Assembly (NCBI GenBank): GCA_024228495.1
Contig: JAAETJ010000241.1
Location: 4,627-68,626, forward strand
Reading direction: 5' to 3'
From: a bacterium
GTDB taxonomy: Bacteria > Pseudomonadota > Alphaproteobacteria > Rhizobiales > JAKIUO01
DNA: 64,000 nucleotides
Part shown: positions 10,139 to 20,444 of the stretch, in pieces
Layout of the letters: each line of letters begins with the position of its first letter
Numbering within the stretch: the first letter of the stretch is position 1
Notes under the pieces: model-generated
Databases searched by the model: none
What the model was told of the DNA's origin: nothing
The model's input: only the letters and a program-made list of their open reading frames with translations
Made by a program: the position numbers and the translations under genes

Positions 10139-10942
10139 ATGGCAATCATCGGAGATAGTGGCACGATGCGGCTGATCGCTTTCTTTGGCATCTTGTTGAC
10201 ACTAATCGTGCTGGAGACCATCTGGCCGCGCCGCAAACATGTGCGCGCCAGTCTCACTCGTTTGAGCACCAATGTGCTGTTGACCGTACTCAATGGCTTG
10301 TTCATGAAAGTCCTGGCCAGCGCAATCGTCCCCATCGCCGCCGTTTCGGCTGCTATCTATGTCGAAAAGCAAGGCTGGGGGCTGTTTAATCTGCTCGCGC
10401 TCCCGTCCACGCTGGAAATAGTGTTATCGTTGATCCTGCTTGATCTGGCGATCTACGGCCAGCATGTCGCGGCTCACTATATTCCTATGCTGTGGCAATT
10501 TCACAGGGTCCACCATTCTGATGTGGAATATGATGTAACAACAGCATTGCGGTTCCATCCCATCGAAATCCTTATCTCCATGCTGTGGAAAATATTCCTG
10601 GTCTTTATCATTGGCCCCTCGGCCTTTGCCGTCATCCTATTTGAAATTATCCTCAATGGTTGCGCCATGTTCAATCACTCAAATTTGAAATTACCCTTCA
10701 AACTTGACAAATTTATCCGCCTTTTCATTGCTACACCCGATATGCACCGAATTCACCACTCCATTATCCCCCGCGAACTCAACACCAATTATGCTTTCAG
10801 CATTTCTCTCTGGGATCGCCTGTTTGGGACTTATACGGAGCAACCATCAAAAGGACATGCAAATATGAAAATTGGTCTAGAAAAACATCAAGATAGCGAA
10901 CCCACTAAATTTCTGTGGTCCCTTCGTTTCCCGTTCAATTAA
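10139..10942 (+). CDS. sterol desaturase / fatty acid hydroxylase family membrane protein
   Basis: His boxes HVAAH, HRVHHSD and HRIHH plus multiple TM helices. Confidence 0.8.
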   Translation: MAIIGDSGTMRLIAFFGILLTLIVLETIWPRRKHVRASLTRLSTNVLLTVLNGLFMKVLASAIVPIAAVSAAIYVEKQGWGLFNLLALPSTLEIVLSLILLDLAIYGQHVAAHYIPMLWQFHRVHHSDVEYDVTTALRFHPIEILISMLWKIFLVFIIGPSAFAVILFEIILNGCAMFNHSNLKLPFKLDKFIRLFIATPDMHRIHHSIIPRELNTNYAFSISLWDRLFGTYTEQPSKGHANMKIGLEKHQDSEPTKFLWSLRFPFN

Positions 10943-11123
10943 GGACCGAGATGGTGGCATGTTGGTCAGTAGCTTCCCAGTATTTTCAGCCAAAACTCAC
11001 ACTTACTCACGAGATTCACTTGATCTCTCGTCATCTTTTCGGCTAGATCCTGTAAAATACTGATAGTGAAGAAAGAATGACCATTTCCAAAAACTGGAAA
11101 TTGCATCAGTCAGGTTTTGCCAC

Positions 11124-11205
11124 GTCCCGATAGTATGGGACTGGCTTGAAGCGCCGGTTTAGTCTGTTGTTCATGGGTACCGCGTAGGACAGCATGAACC
11201 GGCGC
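11124..11205. other. pair of stem-loops in a 343-bp intergenic region (possible structured RNA)
   Basis: GTCCC (11124-28) pairs with GGGAC (11137-41). GCGCCGG..TTCATG (11151-11176) pairs with CATGAA-CCGGCGC (11194-11205). No adjacent T-run and no convincing ORF. Confidence 0.3.
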
Positions 11206-11285
11206 CGACCTCCCCTGAACTCTGACCCATTGCCTCACTCATTTGTGCTGTTAATTTACCAGGTGATTGGTATAAGCTCGCGCCC

Positions 11286-11936
11286 ATGAAACGCTTAGCC
11301 AAGAATCCGCAAAAATTTCCAGACTATCGCTATGAGACCTCCTTGCAAGAGGAGTTCAACGGACCGGTCGCTGGCGTTGATGAAGCAGGACGCGGACCGT
11401 GGGCAGGGCCGGTAGTAGCAGCCGCAGTGGTACTCGATAAGGATGCAATCCCCTCTGGTCTGAACGATTCAAAAAAGCTTAAAGAACAGCAGCGCGAGCT
11501 GTTATTCACGCAGATTTGCGTCACTTCGCTGGTCGGCATCGGCCTTTCCAGTGTGGAGGTGATAGATCGCGACAATATCCTCAAAGCCACACTTGGCGCC
11601 ATGTCGCTCGCCATTGCCCAGCTGCCATCTGCGCCGGCCATTGCTCTGATCGATGGCAATAATTGCCCAGAACTCAATTGCCCGGCACAAGCGCTGGTGA
11701 AAGGCGATCAACTCTCCTTGTCAATTGCCGCCGCCTCCATCATTGCCAAGGTCACCAGAGACCGCCTGATGCGAGAGATGGCGCTGCAATATCCCCATTA
11801 TGGATTTGAGCGACATAAAGGGTATGGCACCAAAGCCCATCAACAGGCCTTGACAGAATATGGCATCACACCGCACCATCGCCGCTCTTTCAAACCCATA
11901 CGCAAAATTATTGAGCAAAGCGGATCCAATTCGTGA
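11286..11936 (+). CDS. rnhB: ribonuclease HII
   Basis: GVDEAGRGPWAGPVV catalytic motif, GYGTKAH near the C-terminus, 216 aa. Confidence 0.95.
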   Translation: MKRLAKNPQKFPDYRYETSLQEEFNGPVAGVDEAGRGPWAGPVVAAAVVLDKDAIPSGLNDSKKLKEQQRELLFTQICVTSLVGIGLSSVEVIDRDNILKATLGAMSLAIAQLPSAPAIALIDGNNCPELNCPAQALVKGDQLSLSIAAASIIAKVTRDRLMREMALQYPHYGFERHKGYGTKAHQQALTEYGITPHHRRSFKPIRKIIEQSGSNS

Positions 11937-12685
11937 CCAGTCATCGCTACAAACTGACCATCGAATATGATGGCACGCCGTTTGTCGGCTGGCAGAAACA
12001 AGACAATGGCGCATCGGTTCAATCATCCATCGGGACCGCCTTCAAGGGATTTTGCGGCACGGATAACCTGCCATATGGAGCCGGGCGCACAGATGCCGGT
12101 GTTCATGCCACCGGCCAGATCGCTCATATTGATATGGCGAAAAGCTATCCAACCGATACCATCCGCGATGCAGTCAATCAGCATTTGCGCCCCATCCCCA
12201 TATCAATCCTCAAGGTGGAAACCGTGAGCGCGGAGTTTGACGCGCGTTTTTCAGCCCGCATGCGTCATTATCAATACAAAATTGTCAATCGGCGTCCTCC
12301 CTTGACCGTTCAAGAAAAACGCGTCTGGCTGGTGCATCGCCCGCTCGACGTCGATAAAATGAACAAAGCTGCTTCCCTGCTGCACGGCAAACATGATTTC
12401 ACGGCCTTTCGCTCAACCAATTGTCAGGCCAAATCTCCGGTTAAAACCCTATCACGTCTCGAAGTCACTCGCAGCGGTGAAGAATTAACGATCACCGCCT
12501 CTGCCCGCTCCTTCATGCATAATCAGGTGCGCTCAATGGTCGGCTCCCTGCAAATGGTCGGTGATGGCCGGTGGCCGGTACAACAGATCCGCGACGTGCT
12601 CGACAGCAAAGACCGTACCGCCTGTGGACCGGTAGCACCCGCTCACGGGCTGTATTTCACAAGGGTTGACTATGATCCCGCATAG
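11933..12685 (+). CDS. truA: tRNA pseudouridine(38-40) synthase
   Basis: YDGTPFVGWQKQ and GAGRTDAGVHATGQ (catalytic Asp). The GTG start overlaps the rnhB stop. Confidence 0.95.
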   Translation: MTSHRYKLTIEYDGTPFVGWQKQDNGASVQSSIGTAFKGFCGTDNLPYGAGRTDAGVHATGQIAHIDMAKSYPTDTIRDAVNQHLRPIPISILKVETVSAEFDARFSARMRHYQYKIVNRRPPLTVQEKRVWLVHRPLDVDKMNKAASLLHGKHDFTAFRSTNCQAKSPVKTLSRLEVTRSGEELTITASARSFMHNQVRSMVGSLQMVGDGRWPVQQIRDVLDSKDRTACGPVAPAHGLYFTRVDYDPA

Positions 12686-12691
12686 GATCTG

Positions 12692-13858
12692 TCAGTCTTT
12701 TGGGAAATAGGTCTTGAGAAATGCTGTATAAATTGCTGTCAGCGTTTGCATATGCGCAAGGGGTACTTGTTCATCGACTTGATGAATGGTGGCGTTGACC
12801 AGACCAAATTCAATCACGGGACAGAATTTTTTTATGAAACGCGCGTCCGATGTGCCCCCGGTCGTAGAAAGCTCAGGCGTCAGCCCTGTGACGCGTTTGA
12901 TGGCCTCTGACAGCTTGTCGGTGAAATCCCCCGATTTGGTGACAAAACTGTCTCCTGACACACGAAACGCCAGCTCAACCCCATAGGGACTTCCCGCAAG
13001 CGCCGTTTTTATGCGGTCTCGCATTAGCTGCTCAAGACTACTCGGCGAATGGGCATCATTGAACCGGATATTGAAGCGCGCGCTGGCTCTTGCCGGGATC
13101 ACATTGACCGCTTCATTATTGACCTTCAGATTGGTGATCTCGAGATTGGATGGCATAAAGGTGCTGGTGCCAATATCGAGTGGCTCACCCAAAAGCTTAC
13201 TAATTAACATCGCCAGACCTTCAATGGGATTATTGGCCATATGCTGATAGGCTACATGCCCTTGCTTGCCAATAATGATGATGTCGCCATTCATGCTACC
13301 ACGGCGGCCGATCTTGATCATCTCGCCGATTTTGTCCGGATTGGAAGGTTCACCAACAATGCAATGATCCAGCTTTTCGCCATGCTCATCCAACCAGTCC
13401 AGCATTTTTACCGTGCCATTAATGGCTGGTCCTTCCTCGTCACCGGTAATCAGAAAGCTGATAGACCCCGGCAAATCACCCGACAGTCCAGACAAAAACG
13501 CTTCAACGGCTGCCAGAAAACAGGCAATACTGCCTTTCATGTCCGCGGAGCCACGACCATGCAAGATCTGATTATCAATTCGCGCTTCAAAAGGCGTAAA
13601 TTCCCAGTCTGTCTCATCGCCAACCGGCACCACATCAGTATGACCGGCAAAACAGATATTTGGAGCATTGGTACCAATGCGCGCATATAAATTATCGACG
13701 TCCGGCGTCCCCTCTTCACGAAACGGCAGGCGCGTACAGGCAAAGCCAATTTTACTCAACGCCTGTTCGAGATAATCAAGGGCTCCTCCCTCAATTGGCG
13801 TCACGCTTTTGCATTGAATAAGTTTGACAGCATGTCTCACTGAGTCAGTTTCGATCAT
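12692..13858 (-). CDS. dapE: succinyl-diaminopimelate desuccinylase (M20 peptidase)
   Basis: GHTDVVP, GRGSADMKG and ITGDEEG motifs; 388 aa. Confidence 0.9.
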   Translation of the reverse strand: MIETDSVRHAVKLIQCKSVTPIEGGALDYLEQALSKIGFACTRLPFREEGTPDVDNLYARIGTNAPNICFAGHTDVVPVGDETDWEFTPFEARIDNQILHGRGSADMKGSIACFLAAVEAFLSGLSGDLPGSISFLITGDEEGPAINGTVKMLDWLDEHGEKLDHCIVGEPSNPDKIGEMIKIGRRGSMNGDIIIIGKQGHVAYQHMANNPIEGLAMLISKLLGEPLDIGTSTFMPSNLEITNLKVNNEAVNVIPARASARFNIRFNDAHSPSSLEQLMRDRIKTALAGSPYGVELAFRVSGDSFVTKSGDFTDKLSEAIKRVTGLTPELSTTGGTSDARFIKKFCPVIEFGLVNATIHQVDEQVPLAHMQTLTAIYTAFLKTYFPKD

Positions 13859-13979
13859 CGCGTTTCTTTCAATAAATCCAGGTATGACTGGTCAACGTAA
13901 TTCTTTGGCAACCATATGAGCCTAGTCTTTAATCATGTTCCCTTAGAAAAAGGTACCCCTATTTAAAGCGAGTTATATT

Positions 13980-14498
13980 ATGAAACCAGCAACGTCCCCA
14001 AATACCGAGCAATTGATCGAAGAATTCAGCAACACCATGCGCAAGCATCTTCGCGAACATACTGATGGTACCAATGTCAATAATACCAGCCTGCTGACAA
14101 CCGACTATCTAAATCATTATTCCGGTATGGTGATGCTGCTTGAGCAACTGCCAAGCACCCCCGAAGAGCTGATCATATATCTGCTTTCATGGGAGCCGAT
14201 AGGTTATGAAGAGCATTTTGAGACCTCCGGTTTTCGCGATGGTGATCTCGCCATAACCGCCTATCGTCATGCCCCCGCAAATATCCGTTCAACCTTTGAT
14301 ACCGTCATTGAGCGCTTGCATGAAGAAAGCATCAAGGCCCTCGATATTGTGCGCCGTCATGCAGAAGCTGGCAACACACAAGGTCTGTCACAGACCTGCG
14401 AGCAAAGCGCACCCTTTTTGCGTGAATTGATTGATAAAGCTTCTGCTATTGTCAACCAGCAGAATCATTCGCAAAGCTCTATCGACGATCATTTCTAA
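13980..14498 (+). CDS. hypothetical cytoplasmic protein
   Basis: 172-aa ORF with coding-like composition and no motif I recognise. Confidence 0.55.
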   Translation: MKPATSPNTEQLIEEFSNTMRKHLREHTDGTNVNNTSLLTTDYLNHYSGMVMLLEQLPSTPEELIIYLLSWEPIGYEEHFETSGFRDGDLAITAYRHAPANIRSTFDTVIERLHEESIKALDIVRRHAEAGNTQGLSQTCEQSAPFLRELIDKASAIVNQQNHSQSSIDDHF

Positions 14499-14632
14499 AA
14501 AATGCGTCCTTGAACGAAAGACATCCCCCTTGGTTTTGCTGCCGTTATTGGGTAACGTTGCAAAACCCGCCATGAATTGGCTTGATCGCAGATCTACTTA
14601 TGGAACAAGATCAATCTTGGGATGACTGACAA

Positions 14633-15058
14633 ATGACCAAACTGCCCCCTTTATCCAGAGCCCCACTGATCGGCTTTGTCTGCTTGTCAATTGCCATTGC
14701 AGCGATCCCCTCAGCAGCAGATGCACAGCGCCGCAATGATTTTGGCGACAGCAAAGAACAAAGACCCTATGACGATAAGCTGATGCGTCTGGCGGAAATT
14801 CTTGGCGCAACACATTATTTGCGCGAACTGTGCAAAGCCCAAGAAGGGCAAAGATGGCGTCAGCAAATGGACGCCTTGATTGATGCCGAGGGAACCTCTG
14901 CCAAACGCCGATCTCGCTTGGTGCGCAAATTCAATCGCGGCTATCGCGGCTATCAACGCACTTATCATAGCTGCACACGTCCTGCGACCCTGGCGATTAC
15001 CCGGTTTTTGAAAGAAGGTGTCACACTTTCCAAAGCAATCATCAGGTCAAACAAATAA
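14633..15058 (+). CDS. small secreted protein, TIGR02301-like (alphaproteobacterial)
   Basis: Signal peptide (LIGFVCLSIAIAAIPSAADA) and the motif LMRLAEILGATHYLRELC. The family assignment is from memory only. Confidence 0.55.
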   Translation: MTKLPPLSRAPLIGFVCLSIAIAAIPSAADAQRRNDFGDSKEQRPYDDKLMRLAEILGATHYLRELCKAQEGQRWRQQMDALIDAEGTSAKRRSRLVRKFNRGYRGYQRTYHSCTRPATLAITRFLKEGVTLSKAIIRSNK

Positions 15059-15388
15059 AACCTGCACCATATTTTACGCGCGATTACAATCACCAAATCA
15101 ACAGTTTCAAGCTGCTTGGTGATAAGCTGGGGGCATTAACCAGTTTTAGCAAGAATCCCGCAGCTGGTTCCTCACTCATGCTAAGAACGAATTCGTCTTG
15201 CGAGTTAGGGTTTAATTCGGCGCACCTGAATAAAAACCATCACAATATTTTCAAGACGCAAAGTTAATGGGGGATAGAAATCGGGTTTCACCTGCTTTCT
15301 TGATGCTTTTCACATTATTTGAATATGCACGACCAGCGAACTGCAAAAAAAATGTGGATTGCTTTGTCCAGCGGGGGAATTGTACGAA

Positions 15389-15634
15389 ATGAAACTCATC
15401 CAGGTCGAGTGTTCGACCAAAAACCACAAAAATGCATTGCAATACATCCTTGATGCCTGGGATGAAGCCAGCGCCAATGGAGTGCAAGCGGATGCGCTTG
15501 CCACAGCAGCCTTGTTTACTGCCATTTCCGCGCTCGTCGACAGTCATGGCGAAGAGGCAGTTGCCGCCCTGACAGAGAGATTGGCCAATCGCATTGAAAA
15601 AGGCGAGTTCTCGGTTGGGCATATTACCCACTAG
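15389..15634 (+). CDS. hypothetical small protein (81 aa)
   Basis: Helical Ala/Glu-rich product (MKLIQVECSTKNHKNALQYILDAWDEASANG...). It reads more like a real protein than the overlapping 147-aa minus-strand ORF. Confidence 0.45.
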   Translation: MKLIQVECSTKNHKNALQYILDAWDEASANGVQADALATAALFTAISALVDSHGEEAVAALTERLANRIEKGEFSVGHITH

Positions 15635-15781
15635 TTGATGTGTCTGGCAACTGTACGGCCACTTCTCAACACCCCAAAACGACTTCAAAACCAAATCCCT
15701 TTTCTTCGTGATTAAGAAGGTTTTAACCGCGAACCTGCATATTCTGTATATAAATTATTTTATGCGATTAAGGGGACGGAC

Positions 15782-16849
15782 ATGCCTTCGACATATACGG
15801 ATGATTTCGAGCGCTCGCTGGAAATAGGAGAAAGTGCTTTTTCCTCGCTGATCCAGGACACTATTCCAGCTTGGCCAGAAATGTATGAAGTCATGTACGC
15901 CTATGAGTCCGGCGGAAATATCGACGTCTCGTCAGCCATCGATGATCTAAAAAAGATCAATCCTCAGCTCAATTCAGAAGATATTGCCAAAATTCATGAC
16001 GATCTGCTTTCAAACAATAAAATGATGGACATATCAGAAGATATTGGCTCCAAAATCAATGTTGAAATCCGCAATATTATTGGTGTCATGAATGCCGCTG
16101 GTGAAAAATCCGACGAGTGCGATAACGCCTTGCGCAAGATTGAAACAAAATTCGCGAGTGTCAACACACCAGAACAACTCCATAGTGTAGTAGAAATTCT
16201 CAGCAATATTACTCGCGCAATGGCTGACAATAATCATAACCTGAACTCCAAACTGAAACAAACGACACAGCAGATCGATGTCCTCCACAAGGATTTGGAT
16301 ACGGCCCGCTATGAAAGCAATACCGATAGCCTCACCAACCTCGCAAATCGTAAAAAATTCGATAGCGAAATGAGGAGATCAATCAACGATATACAAAAAA
16401 ATGGCACTGATCTAACCCTGCTCATTGCCGATATCGATCACTTTAAAAAATTTAATGACACTTGGGGTCATCAAACGGGTGATCAGATCCTGAAACTGGT
16501 CGCACAGATTCTCAAAAACGAACTAAAAGGCGCTGATTTTCCAGCCCGATATGGCGGCGAAGAGTTCGCTGTAATTTTGCCAAACACCAACAAGAATGAC
16601 GCCTTTACGGTTGCCGAGCAAATACGCGAAGCCATAGCTGCAAAAGAGTTGTTCAAGAGATCTACAGGAGAAAATCTGGGACGCCTCACTGTCTCGATTG
16701 GCATTGCACAAGCAGCACCAGATGATATTCCCGCGACCCTGATTGAACGCTCTGACAAAGCCCTTTATCGGGCCAAGGATACCGGCCGCGATCGTTGTGA
16801 GATTGCGCCAGATCCAATGATGGAACAAGTACAAGACATAGCTGTATAA
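15782..16849 (+). CDS. diguanylate cyclase (GGDEF domain) with an uncharacterised ~170-aa N-terminal region
   Basis: RYGGEEFAV active site and DHFKKFNDTWGH. A coiled-coil-like linker precedes the GGDEF domain. No TM segment. Confidence 0.9.
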   Translation: MPSTYTDDFERSLEIGESAFSSLIQDTIPAWPEMYEVMYAYESGGNIDVSSAIDDLKKINPQLNSEDIAKIHDDLLSNNKMMDISEDIGSKINVEIRNIIGVMNAAGEKSDECDNALRKIETKFASVNTPEQLHSVVEILSNITRAMADNNHNLNSKLKQTTQQIDVLHKDLDTARYESNTDSLTNLANRKKFDSEMRRSINDIQKNGTDLTLLIADIDHFKKFNDTWGHQTGDQILKLVAQILKNELKGADFPARYGGEEFAVILPNTNKNDAFTVAEQIREAIAAKELFKRSTGENLGRLTVSIGIAQAAPDDIPATLIERSDKALYRAKDTGRDRCEIAPDPMMEQVQDIAV

Positions 16850-16907
16850 TCCCAGAGGACTTCCCTTAAAAACAAAACACCCCCCAATGCTCAAGGCAAA
16901 TAAAGCT

Positions 16908-18407
16908 CTACAAGAAGTTGACCAGTGAGAGGTTGGACAGCATTGACGTGACCTGATAGCTGGCCTGCAACTGGGTCTGCAATGACAATAAATTGACCGC
17001 AGCCTCATTTATGTCAGCGGTTTCAATCTCACTCAGGAACGTCGTTACCATATTGTCTGCGGATGTATGACGATCACTTGCTTCACCAAGCGCGCTTTGA
17101 GCTATGGCCAACTCGCCAATCACCCGATCGATGGTTTTGGATTCATCCGAGTTGCTTAACGTATCGCGAACCCGATCACCCATGGCGGTATATCTCGCCT
17201 GATCATTATCACCAGCTGGATCAAATGTCGCTGAAGCCAGAATAGCAAATTGTTTAATCATGGTACTAAAGGCTTCTTCATCAGCGCGCGCGCCATAAGC
17301 AACAAGGCGATTGTCATCAATGCGTGCAAGAGCGGTTTCGCGCGCGGGCGTATCAGAACGATCTCCGATGTACCACTCCACCGTATCATCGCTTGTTCCA
17401 TCCCTTAAACCAGTTGCCGTGTCAAAGGGTGGCCCATCGACGCGCTGTACTTCATCTGTCCCGCTGGTAAAGAAATCATTTGCCGCAGCCTGCATGGAAG
17501 CAGCACTCAAGCTGGTCTCTGCTTCGCGCTCAAGCAAGGACCCAAGAGCGGCTTGAAAATTGACAGCTGTAGCAGCTGCATCCGCACCAATCAAGAATTC
17601 CCCCACCCCAATATCACCATCAGATATCGCCGTAAGCTCAAGCTCAGTCGTCGTACCATCTGGCAAATCAAACGATATAAACAGTTGTTCACTATCCTCG
17701 GGTAGTGGCAACGAGAAATCAACAGTTATGCCAGATGGATCACCTATGGGACCTGTCGTTGTGACCCCTGTCAGGTCGGTGCGTAACCCATCCAGCTTGA
17801 AACCAAACGGACTGCCGGAGACATCCTCCAGAAGAACAACCTCTGTCGCACCACTTGCGGCGAGTGACAAGCGCCCCATGCCATCGCTACCCACATCCGC
17901 CTGACGGCGTTCATCCATGATCTGACGAAAGCCAGCTTTATCACCTGCACCATCTAGCATTTCTTTCGGCGTAACAACCGGAAGCTCGTCTATATTCGCA
18001 CCCGCAAACAAGGAGCGTCCACCAACATCCGTATTAAGAGTATCGACCGCATCAGCCAAGCGGGCTCCGGCCTGTATTTGTGCAAGCGTTTGCCCGGTAT
18101 CAGTTGGCTCATAACCGCTGATGATCATCTGACTACTCATGTCGGATGCAGTTTTACGTAATTGACCAACGGCAACATCCATGACTTGCAGGCGTGTCTG
18201 GACGAGCGTAATGGTATTTTGAAACCCCTCAATATCGGATTTTTCAGCGCGTAGAGATACTGCCATGCCGCGCTCACTACCGAGCCCACCATAAGTGTCG
18301 GCGACTTTGCCACTTGAGATTTGCCGATGCAAATCATCCATCTGCGTACGATTATTGGCGATCTGACGTAACAGCACCGACTGCTGCGCGCTTCCAATAC
18401 GAGTCAT
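16908..18407 (-). CDS. flgL: flagellar hook-associated protein 3
   Basis: Flagellin-like N-terminus (LLRQIANNRTQMDDLHRQISSGK) and C-terminus (LSLQTQLQASYQVTSMLSNLSLVNFL). It lies downstream of flgK. Confidence 0.8.
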   Translation of the reverse strand: MTRIGSAQQSVLLRQIANNRTQMDDLHRQISSGKVADTYGGLGSERGMAVSLRAEKSDIEGFQNTITLVQTRLQVMDVAVGQLRKTASDMSSQMIISGYEPTDTGQTLAQIQAGARLADAVDTLNTDVGGRSLFAGANIDELPVVTPKEMLDGAGDKAGFRQIMDERRQADVGSDGMGRLSLAASGATEVVLLEDVSGSPFGFKLDGLRTDLTGVTTTGPIGDPSGITVDFSLPLPEDSEQLFISFDLPDGTTTELELTAISDGDIGVGEFLIGADAAATAVNFQAALGSLLEREAETSLSAASMQAAANDFFTSGTDEVQRVDGPPFDTATGLRDGTSDDTVEWYIGDRSDTPARETALARIDDNRLVAYGARADEEAFSTMIKQFAILASATFDPAGDNDQARYTAMGDRVRDTLSNSDESKTIDRVIGELAIAQSALGEASDRHTSADNMVTTFLSEIETADINEAAVNLLSLQTQLQASYQVTSMLSNLSLVNFL

Positions 18408-18499
18408 GGCTTTTGCCTTACTTCAGTTGATCTCTACTCGTTACAATATATTGTTCTCGAAATCACAAAATCAAAACTGGCGTGATTAACTCAATCTTT

Positions 18500-20353
18500 C
18501 TAGATGCGCATCAATGACTGCATCATCTCATCAACCACCTGCAAAATACGAGCATTCGCGGCATAGGAGTTTTGCAAGGAGATAAGTTTCGTCAATTCCT
18601 CATCGATCTCAACGCCGGTCACATCGTAAAGCTGCTGCTCGAGTGAAGCGACAACGATATCTTGCGATTGTTTGGCTTGTGATGCTGAAGCCGCTTTACC
18701 AGTCTGGTCCGATATGACCTGGCGCGCGAATTCCGCGACCGATGCACGGTAGGGTGCCGTCTTGGAGCCAATGCCAGCCTCTGGATCAAAGTCCATTTTT
18801 GCAGTTGTCAGACGGTCGATAATATCTAGGGGGCGCGTTGGGTCTCCAAGAGCTATTTCAGTACTGGAGCTGTATTTGACAAGCAGTTCATTATCATCGA
18901 TCACGGCAAAATTGACAGAGATTCGGTTCGAAAAACCAATTTTCTGGTCCATGCTCTCCATTGAGCCACTAAAAATAACCTGCGAGCCATGACCGTCCAC
19001 AAACAAGGGCAGACCAAGTGAACCATCTTGCAGCCCCACACTCGTTTGTGTTGACGAGAGCGCTGTCACATCGGTGGTGCCCGCTGCTCCATCATCAACA
19101 AATGCCAGACCATCGACCGTTGCAATTGCTACAATTGCGGGAGAAAGCTCTGTATTAATCGCCGTGGCCGCTGCCGTAAAACCAGATGAGAAATCAATGC
19201 CAATAACCGTGTCACCGAGCGATGCCGTATGATCATTCGACAAGGGTAAAAGCGTTGGATCATCAACGCGCACAATGGTGACATTCTTGGTCTCACCGCC
19301 TTCGCTATATGACAGTGAAATTGAATTGCCTTGTTGCAAGCCAGCCAGATCCACTTGAAACCCGGTACTCACTCCGCTTGTCACTGCCGTACCAACGACT
19401 TGATTATTCGACAAGGAGCTGGATAAGCCGGCTGCGATTTCATCGAGTTGCGCCTGCGTCTCCACAAGCACATTGTCGCGCAAGTCAATGAGCGCACCCA
19501 TTTTACCAGTATCCAGCATGCCATTATTGATGAGATCAATATTGTAGCCGTTAGACGAACGCAGCGTCACTGTCCCAACGTCACGAAGCGCTTCATCGTG
19601 GTTATAAAGAGAGTTCGCCGTTATTATGCCATGCTGATCAAAGTCAAACTGTGCCGCCGTACCCTGCAGCAGGCTATTGCCACTCTTGGTCTGAATGGAA
19701 ATGGTTCCATCATCAGCCGAATTTACCTGAATTTCCATATATTGCGAGAGGCGCGACAATTGCCGATCACGTTCGTTCAACAATTCGGAATGAGCCGAAT
19801 TTCCACTGCTGATGCCGACAACACGTACATTGATATTCTGTAGCTTGTTCAAGCTATCGTTGATATCGGCAACGCCGATGGCAATTTCATTTTCAGCCAG
19901 CTGGCGCAGTGACTGAACCTGCTCCGAGATGGTATTGAGACCATTGGCCAGATCTTCAGCGGCCCCAACGACTAGCTGACGCGTCACATAATCACCGGGT
20001 GACGTGGTCAGTTGTTGTATGGAATTAGTGAACCCGTTTAACAGATTGTCTAGCGACCCATCCTCGCCAGGCACCCCAAACAGTTTATCGACCCGCGACA
20101 AGAATGTGTCATAAACGGCTGTCTCACCGGAACGTGAGGTTTCTTCTCTCACCTGATTTTCAAGAAATCTATCCGAGGCGCGCGCAATCACCGGGCGCAC
20201 ACCACTAATAAGCCCCAGAGTCTCCGGGCGGAGATCCTGACGCTTATAACCTTCAACGTCGGCCTGGGCCACATTGTTGGCCACCGAATTCAGTCCACTT
20301 TGAACCGTCCGGAGACCAGAACTGGCTATATTGAGTGATGTGCTCAAACCCAT
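18500..20353 (-). CDS. flgK: flagellar hook-associated protein 1
   Basis: The N-terminus MGLSTSLNIASSGLRTVQSGLNSVANNVAQADVEGYKRQ and the C-terminus LISLQNSYAANARILQVVDEMMQSL are typical of FlgK. Confidence 0.9.
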   Translation of the reverse strand: MGLSTSLNIASSGLRTVQSGLNSVANNVAQADVEGYKRQDLRPETLGLISGVRPVIARASDRFLENQVREETSRSGETAVYDTFLSRVDKLFGVPGEDGSLDNLLNGFTNSIQQLTTSPGDYVTRQLVVGAAEDLANGLNTISEQVQSLRQLAENEIAIGVADINDSLNKLQNINVRVVGISSGNSAHSELLNERDRQLSRLSQYMEIQVNSADDGTISIQTKSGNSLLQGTAAQFDFDQHGIITANSLYNHDEALRDVGTVTLRSSNGYNIDLINNGMLDTGKMGALIDLRDNVLVETQAQLDEIAAGLSSSLSNNQVVGTAVTSGVSTGFQVDLAGLQQGNSISLSYSEGGETKNVTIVRVDDPTLLPLSNDHTASLGDTVIGIDFSSGFTAAATAINTELSPAIVAIATVDGLAFVDDGAAGTTDVTALSSTQTSVGLQDGSLGLPLFVDGHGSQVIFSGSMESMDQKIGFSNRISVNFAVIDDNELLVKYSSSTEIALGDPTRPLDIIDRLTTAKMDFDPEAGIGSKTAPYRASVAEFARQVISDQTGKAASASQAKQSQDIVVASLEQQLYDVTGVEIDEELTKLISLQNSYAANARILQVVDEMMQSLMRI

Positions 20354-20444
20354 GAGGCTTACCTAAAATCCTTTCCCGGGGTCAACCGCTTGGCGCCAGA
20401 CACTCACAAAAAGCGCCAAACAGAGAATGGAAGAAGCCTGTCTT

